Positions 57,840-64,000 of a stretch of DNA of 64,000 bases are shown piece by piece. Source of the DNA: Eledone cirrhosa. Its lineage: Eukaryota. The position numbers were made by a program, and so were the translations under genes. Numbering within the stretch: the stretch's first letter is position 1; every line of letters begins with the position of its first letter. The notes below the pieces were generated by a model. The model did not search any database and was not told the DNA's origin. It was given only the letters and a program-made list of their open reading frames with translations. The DNA lies in NCBI GenBank assembly GCA_964016885.1, contig OZ024749.1:23932001-23996000 (forward strand). Direction: 5' to 3'.

Positions 57840-58785
57840 GGAGGAAAAAGTCAATTAAATCGATCTCAGTAATTGATTGGTACTTTATTTATAAATCAAT
57901 TATAGACCAATATTAGGCACAAGGCAAACAATTTTTCTTTAAATCGACCCCAGTGCGTTACTGGTACAATATTTTATCGATCACGTAAGGAAGAAAGGCA
58001 AAGGTAACTTCGATAGGATTTGAAATCAGAACGGAAATGCTCGAAATTCTAGGCCACAAAGCATGGTGTCCGGTGCTCTACCGATCATTTCCAGCCCACC
58101 GTCTTTATAGATACATGACTAATTCAAGGCAAAGTTCATGACGGCAGTTCCAATATAAACACAAAAACCTATGTACATACCAAACTATTGATGATTTCTA
58201 ATTTAGGCACAAGGGCAACAATAACTGGGGAATGGTAAAATCGATTATATTGATCGCGGAGAATTTTAGAATATAAGGTTGACCTATGTAGGATCTGAAA
58301 TGAGAACAAAAAGACCTCGAAGATATATCATCATAGGAGAGTTTCCGACGCTTGCTTGAAACGAGACCGTAAAAGTCGGTAATTCAGTGCCGTGAAGCGT
58401 CGTGTCAGATGCTCTACCGATCACTAGTAACCCACCGTCCAAATGGTATTGTATGGTCCCGTAACTCCTGGTATAGGCGGAGGGGTGCCGTATTGAGACT
58501 CATCGTTTCTTAGGCATTTTAACTCTGGCGGAACCCATCGCACTCCCGGCCTGAGTACAGCATATTTGTTCCAGAGAAAGATAGAAAGTGAGAGAGAGGA
58601 AATGAAGAAGAGATATAGAGGATGAATCCACCCCACTACTAGACTGGTATTTTCTTTATCGACATCAAATGAGTGAAAGACAAAGTTGACCTCGGTGGGA
58701 TTTGAACTCAGATAAGTAGAGATCCGGAACGAATACTATAAAGCATTCTATCCGACGTTCTAACGGCTCCGCCAATTCGCCGCCT
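57840..58785 (-). mobile_element. Cluster of degenerate tRNA-derived SINE copies
   Basis: Repeated aaatcgaccccagt..actggta..ttttatcga..gaaaggcaaag..acctcgg..ggatttgaactcaga. Confidence 0.7.
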
Positions 58786-59287
58786 ATACCGTCCTTATAC
58801 ACCCATGACGGAAGGCAAAGTTCAAGTTGACAGTGGGCATATAAACACAAATCCCAACTGCAAATTCACCATCATTTTGGCAAAAATAAATTAATGCTAC
58901 CTTCCTGATTATTTAGTGCAGCAACACGTGATCATGAAAAATATCTATTTATCGATATTTCCAAAATGTTTACAATTTTTGCCTCTTTGATTATGTCTTC
59001 CATCTTTCTTCAAACATGGAAAGATGGAATTTTATGAAAAACAAACACGGAAAAAAAAACAAAAGAACTCTCACAAATCAAAAATATGTATGAAAAAAAT
59101 ATTTATATATATATATAATAAATGTTTAACTTTTCTGTGGTTTCGTTAAATAAAATTATAAATTACAATCAGAAAATAAAATGAAGAAAGAAGAAATATT
59201 TGCGAAAATATTATTTATCTTCAATTGATATATTTTTATGAAGGAAGATGCATAAAATTGAAGAGACCAGAAAACCAGCATGGAGAG

Positions 59288-59582
59288 TCTTCTTCTTCTT
59301 CTTCTTCTTCTTCTTCTTCTTCTTCTTTTTCTTTTTATGTTTATATATATTTTTCTTCTTTTTTTATTTTTCTTCTTTTTCTTCTTCTTTTTCTGCATTT
59401 TTCTTCTTTTTTTACGTTTTTTTTTCTTCTTTTTCTTTATTCTTTTTTCTTCTTCTTTTTCTTATTTTTCTTCTTTTTCTTCTTTTTCTTCTTTTTCTTC
59501 TTTTTCTTCTTGTTCTTCTTTTTCTTCTTTTTCTTCTTTTTCTTCTCTTCTTCATTATCGTTATCATCATCATCATCATCGT
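59288..59582. repeat. (TTC)n / T-rich low-complexity tract
   Basis: tcttcttct and tttttcttc repeats. Confidence 0.9.
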
Positions 59583-59764
59583 CCTAATCATTAAAGTTAC
59601 ATATTCCTGAAATTTCTTGCATAATTCAATAGAAACTTGAGAGAATTACTGCGGCAGGTTTTACCTAGAGGCTTACAAACATTCTGCAGCATTATATGTA
59701 TGTATATATATATAAATATATATATATATATTGTGTGCGTGTGTGTGTATACATATATATATAC

Positions 59765-59795
<31 letters not shown>

Positions 59796-60563
59796 GGTAT
59801 ATGTTTGTATACATATATATATATATCTATATGTGTGTGTGTAAAGAGAGAGACAGGGATAATGTTTATATTTGTAAACACACAGACTCACACACACACA
59901 CACAAACGCATATATATCTATCTATATATATATAAAGAAAGAGAGACAATTAGAGGGAGAGAGTGAAAGAAATGACAAAATTATTAGATGGGAATTACGA
60001 AGTAACTTTTCAACTTTACAAAAATCTTTGAGTTGTTCGTTTTCAGAATCCATACAGAAAACATCAATAACATTTGATTTCTTGAATCCAGCTTAATGTT
60101 ATGAACAAACGGAACATTATTTTAATGTGTCATTTGCTTTGAAAAATCTAAGATAAACATAAAACACCACAACGTTGTTTCGCCCTCTAGAAAGCTTTGC
60201 AATTGAAATGAAATCGAAAATGAATTAATTCCTTGAGGCAAAAATACTTTTAGAAAAATATATATAAATTTGACACAAATTATAGCAAAAGTATTTCAAA
60301 GAATTCATAGTGGATTTTTATATCTTCTTCAAAGGGCATTCTTAGCAATTCTTTATATTCTTGTATAATTATTGAAACTTCTCATTGATTACTAAGTTTT
60401 CATTTAGAATCTCAAAGGAAATTCTGTTAATGGTTTTAAATCTATTTCTATGATTGAAAGACAAATATAAAAGGAAGAAGAATGATTCTGTACACTGTGT
60501 ATATAGCGTATATACACCATATCCTCTCTCTCTTATTTTTCTATCCTATCTATCCTTTTCCCG

Positions 60564-60641
<78 letters not shown>

Positions 60642-61276
60642 ATAAATGTGAAGTCTAATATCCCGTTCAGGGTTAAAGAAGCAATTCTTTGTTTCAACTT
60701 TAATCTGTTCTTATAAGAAATATATATGTATGTATATATATATATATATATATCATTTCTGAATTTGTTTAGCAAGATCCTTTATCTGAAAACGTGTGTT
60801 GAAACCGATATTGTTATACTTGGGGAGGGTCATGTTGCCAATAAGAAACACACGCACCAGTTGCTTTCACTTCAATATATATATATGTATATATATATAT
60901 ATAATATAACTTAGAGTTTACACTCAATGGGGTCATTTACAATCATTTCAGCTCTAAGAATCGCTTCTGAGCAGAATATTGATAAACACAGAAAATTAAT
61001 TAACTCGCTACTAATTAATTAATTATTTCACTATTATACCATCCTTTGTGAAACATGTTTAAAGTTTGAAGTTCTGACCGATCTGCGGAAAAAGTTTGTA
61101 TTTTGAAATTTAAACGTGTCTAGGTACCAAGGCTTTTTGCCCATATGAGTTTGTGAGTATTGATTTATTATTTTTTTAGATCGTACAGGCAAACTATATG
61201 TATTTGAATTAAGATATTTCATTCCAACGATTTTATAAGTCAATTGCAACTAAAACATGTAAATGTTCATCAAATA

Positions 61277-61322
<46 letters not shown>

Positions 61323-61359
61323 GGGAAGGATACCGGACGAAGGAATGCATATATATATA

Positions 61360-61892
61360 ATTATTTCTACTTTTGAACACAAGGCCAGCATTATTACTGG
61401 TATATTACTGGTACTTTATTTTATCGACCCCGTAAGGAGGAAAGGCAAAGTTAACCTCTGCGTGATTTGAACTCAGATCGTAAAAGGCCGTAAGATTATG
61501 CTGCAAAGCATGGCGTCCGACCCTCTACCGATATTGCCAATCCACCATATATACTGGGTTTTTATATAGGCACAATGCCAGCAAATTTTGGGAGCGGGGA
61601 AAATCTACTAAATCGACCCCAGTACGTTACTGGTACTTTATTTTATCGACCCCGTAAGGATGAAAGGCAAAGTTAACCTTGGCGGAATTTGAACTCAGAT
61701 CATAAAGGACCGTAACTCTATGCTGCAAAGCATGGTATCCGACGCTCTACCAATACTGCCAATCCACCGTATATAATTGTTTCTAAATTTGGCACAAGGC
61801 CAGCAATTATCCCAGTGTATAACTGGTGCTTTATTTTATCGAGCCGGTAAGGATGAAAGGCGGGATTTGAACTCGGCGGGATTTGAACTCAG
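61360..61892 (-). mobile_element. Three tandem tRNA-derived SINE copies (61360-61546, 61567-61768, 61777-61892)
   Basis: Each has ggcacaa..ccagca...actggtactttattttatcgaccccgtaagga.gaaaggcaaagttaacct...atttgaactcagatc. Confidence 0.85.
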
Positions 61893-62221
61893 ACCATATA
61901 TAATACAAGTAAGGTATGTGTTCAATTACTGTTACAGGCGGTCCATAGTTCGAAGCACACAATGATGATACGTATCCGTTAAGGCTTGTGTGAGCAGAGT
62001 GTATACAGAGTTAGTAGAATCAAAGTAAGTGTTGCAGCATATGTACAAACATTAATGGCATATTACAATTATATTGATATCGATCATCTCAGAAAACGAT
62101 CAACTCGGCATGGCCTGACTCCTCTTCGACATTTCGTCAGAAATGCGACATTATATGTCCAAGGATATATCTGACTTCAACCCCACTCTCCTTTTCGGCA
62201 TATATATATATATATATATAT

Positions 62222-62437
62222 CAAGTAAGTATGTTTTGAAACAGTGAGCAGGTTTGAAATTAGAAAATATATAGCTTTCACCGTATTGTTTACTAAAGAA
62301 ATTTTAGCCTGATAATGGGGTTTAGATCCCTCAGATCAATGCAAAAAGATGAGTATTGACTTTTCCATTTATCTGAGGGTTCTATACCCATTATCAGGCT
62401 AAAGTTTCTTTAGTCAAACATACGGTGAAAGGTATAT

Positions 62438-62446
<9 letters not shown>
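62222..62446. mobile_element. Fold-back element (~85-bp arms, 62259-62446) in (TA)n
   Basis: attagaaaatatatagctttcaccgtat..ctaaagaaa..ttagcctgataatggg..ccctcagat / atctgaggg..cccattatcaggctaaa.tttctttag..atacggtgaaaggtatatttttctaat. Confidence 0.85.
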
Positions 62447-62487
<41 letters not shown>

Positions 62488-62709
62488 CCGTATTTCCTTT
62501 CGTCGAAGACGCTACTTTTTTCCTAAAATATGTCTCAACAATCTACCATGCGTACTGGAGGCAAAAGGTTGTATATTATTTTTTTTCAAACTTTTGGTTG
62601 TCAAAATTTGGGTGTGCCCTGTAGGACGAAGTCTCTCCGGCGCCGGGAAATACGGTATAAATATATATATATATATCTGTGTGTGTGTGTGATAGAGAGA
62701 GAGAGAGAT

Positions 62710-62790
<81 letters not shown>

Positions 62791-62854
62791 CATATATATG
62801 CAGAGAAAAACGCCCGCACATATGTATATAAATGCACAGAGAAACACCTGCATA

Positions 62855-62893
<39 letters not shown>

Positions 62894-64000
62894 GGAGGCC
62901 TGTTGCAACAGCTAAAAACAATAACTTCGAAAATATGGGTTCGGTTCTTTGTTTAGACTGCTGGCGATATTTCTACATATATAGGAGTCTCTACCTGATT
63001 TTCTATTTAGAGCAATTGTTTGTTGCTGTTTTCTTTTCTGTAATTTCGTGTCTGTTCTGTTTGCTATACATTTGATTCTAATATATATAAAGGTGCCCCT
63101 TTTATTAAGACTAATCATGTTATCTATCCAATTGTAGTTCTCTGTCATGCGGATTGTGTTGAACATCTTGTTGAGATCTGGCTTATCTGGAATTTCTTCC
63201 AATTTGAGAAGCGTGATCTATTGCCCTTTTGATTCTCGGATTATGCCTTGGAGGATGTCTGCTTCCAGTTTATTAAGCTCATGTATAATTGAAATTAATA
63301 AAATCCCTATTCAAGTTTGATAATATGTACAAAGGCCTTCCTTTAATTTAGGAACTACTATTGTTTTTCTTTGCAGGATTAAAATCAGGAATGATTTAAT
63401 GAAACACTCGTTGATCAAACATCTTTTCATTTTTGACTAGAAGAGAGATTACAAATTTTAAGGTCTAAGTAATCTAGATAGATGTTACATCTAGATTCCA
63501 ATAGACAGATGAACACAATGAACATGATGCCCGAAAAACACACATGAGCAAAATCAATTGGAGACGTTTGCTTCTATTGTGACACTCCCAGAGGCATGTC
63601 TACGGATTTTTTCCTTCCGCCAGCTAGGAGGAAGAAGAAGATGAAGCGGAAGAAGAAAAGATGAGTTATTTCACAAGGACAGATTCGTTTGAAGGCACGG
63701 AAATACACGACAATAAGTTAGGGACATGACTTCAATGTACTTGAACTACTGGGTTGCACCCTAATCACTCTGGGACGTACATAAAGACAATAAAATATTA
63801 TTAAAACCTCTATTATCTAAATAAACAAATAACAACATATGTACAGGCCTTTTCTTGACATTTTCCCTTACATATTGCGTGAACGCACGGAAAGTTATAT
63901 TCCTCCAATACAGGACGAAAAAATACAAACAAAGAAATTAACATCAAAGTACTGAATTTTATATTTCGCCGAAAATACACTTGAAAGGGTCATTTCAAGG

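Noticed and set aside
62912-63380. Possible degenerate LINE C-terminus on the minus strand
   Set aside because: No diagnostic motif was recognised.
63608-63730. Acceptor-like pyrimidine tract followed by an acidic frame (EEEEDEAEEEKMSYF...)
   Set aside because: It is short and GAA-repeat-like, with no supporting homology.

Overview
AT-rich, repeat-dominated animal genomic DNA. The SINE and microsatellite content suggests a cephalopod such as Octopus, which is an inference. No host protein-coding gene can be supported, and nearly all ORFs in the track are translations of (TA)n, (CA)n, (GA)n or trinucleotide repeats. Recognisable coding remnants are all retrotransposons: a 5'-truncated R4/Dong-like REL element in (TAA)n, an RTE 3' tip, a CR1-like RT fragment, and three Penelope-like elements (PLEs), one of them a near-complete Naiad-like copy with pLTRs and a probable retained intron. 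There are also many tRNA-derived SINE copies. The main signal is non-coding. At least ten sequence-unrelated elements sitting in or beside (TA)n tracts carry Type I hammerhead ribozyme (HHR) folds, most with a palindromic stem III suited to dimer formation. Two are near-perfect tandem arrays (466-bp and 310-bp units, one HHR per unit, retrozyme-like) that flip orientation in the middle. Five are fold-back hairpins. In all seven two-armed cases the ribozyme-sense strands point outward into the flanks. In the 310-bp array the inversion junction lies within 1-2 nt of the predicted self-cleavage site. Together these suggest a (TA)n-targeted, PLE-mobilised family of ribozyme RNAs, possibly circular, integrated by a double-ended (twin-priming or template-switch) mechanism.
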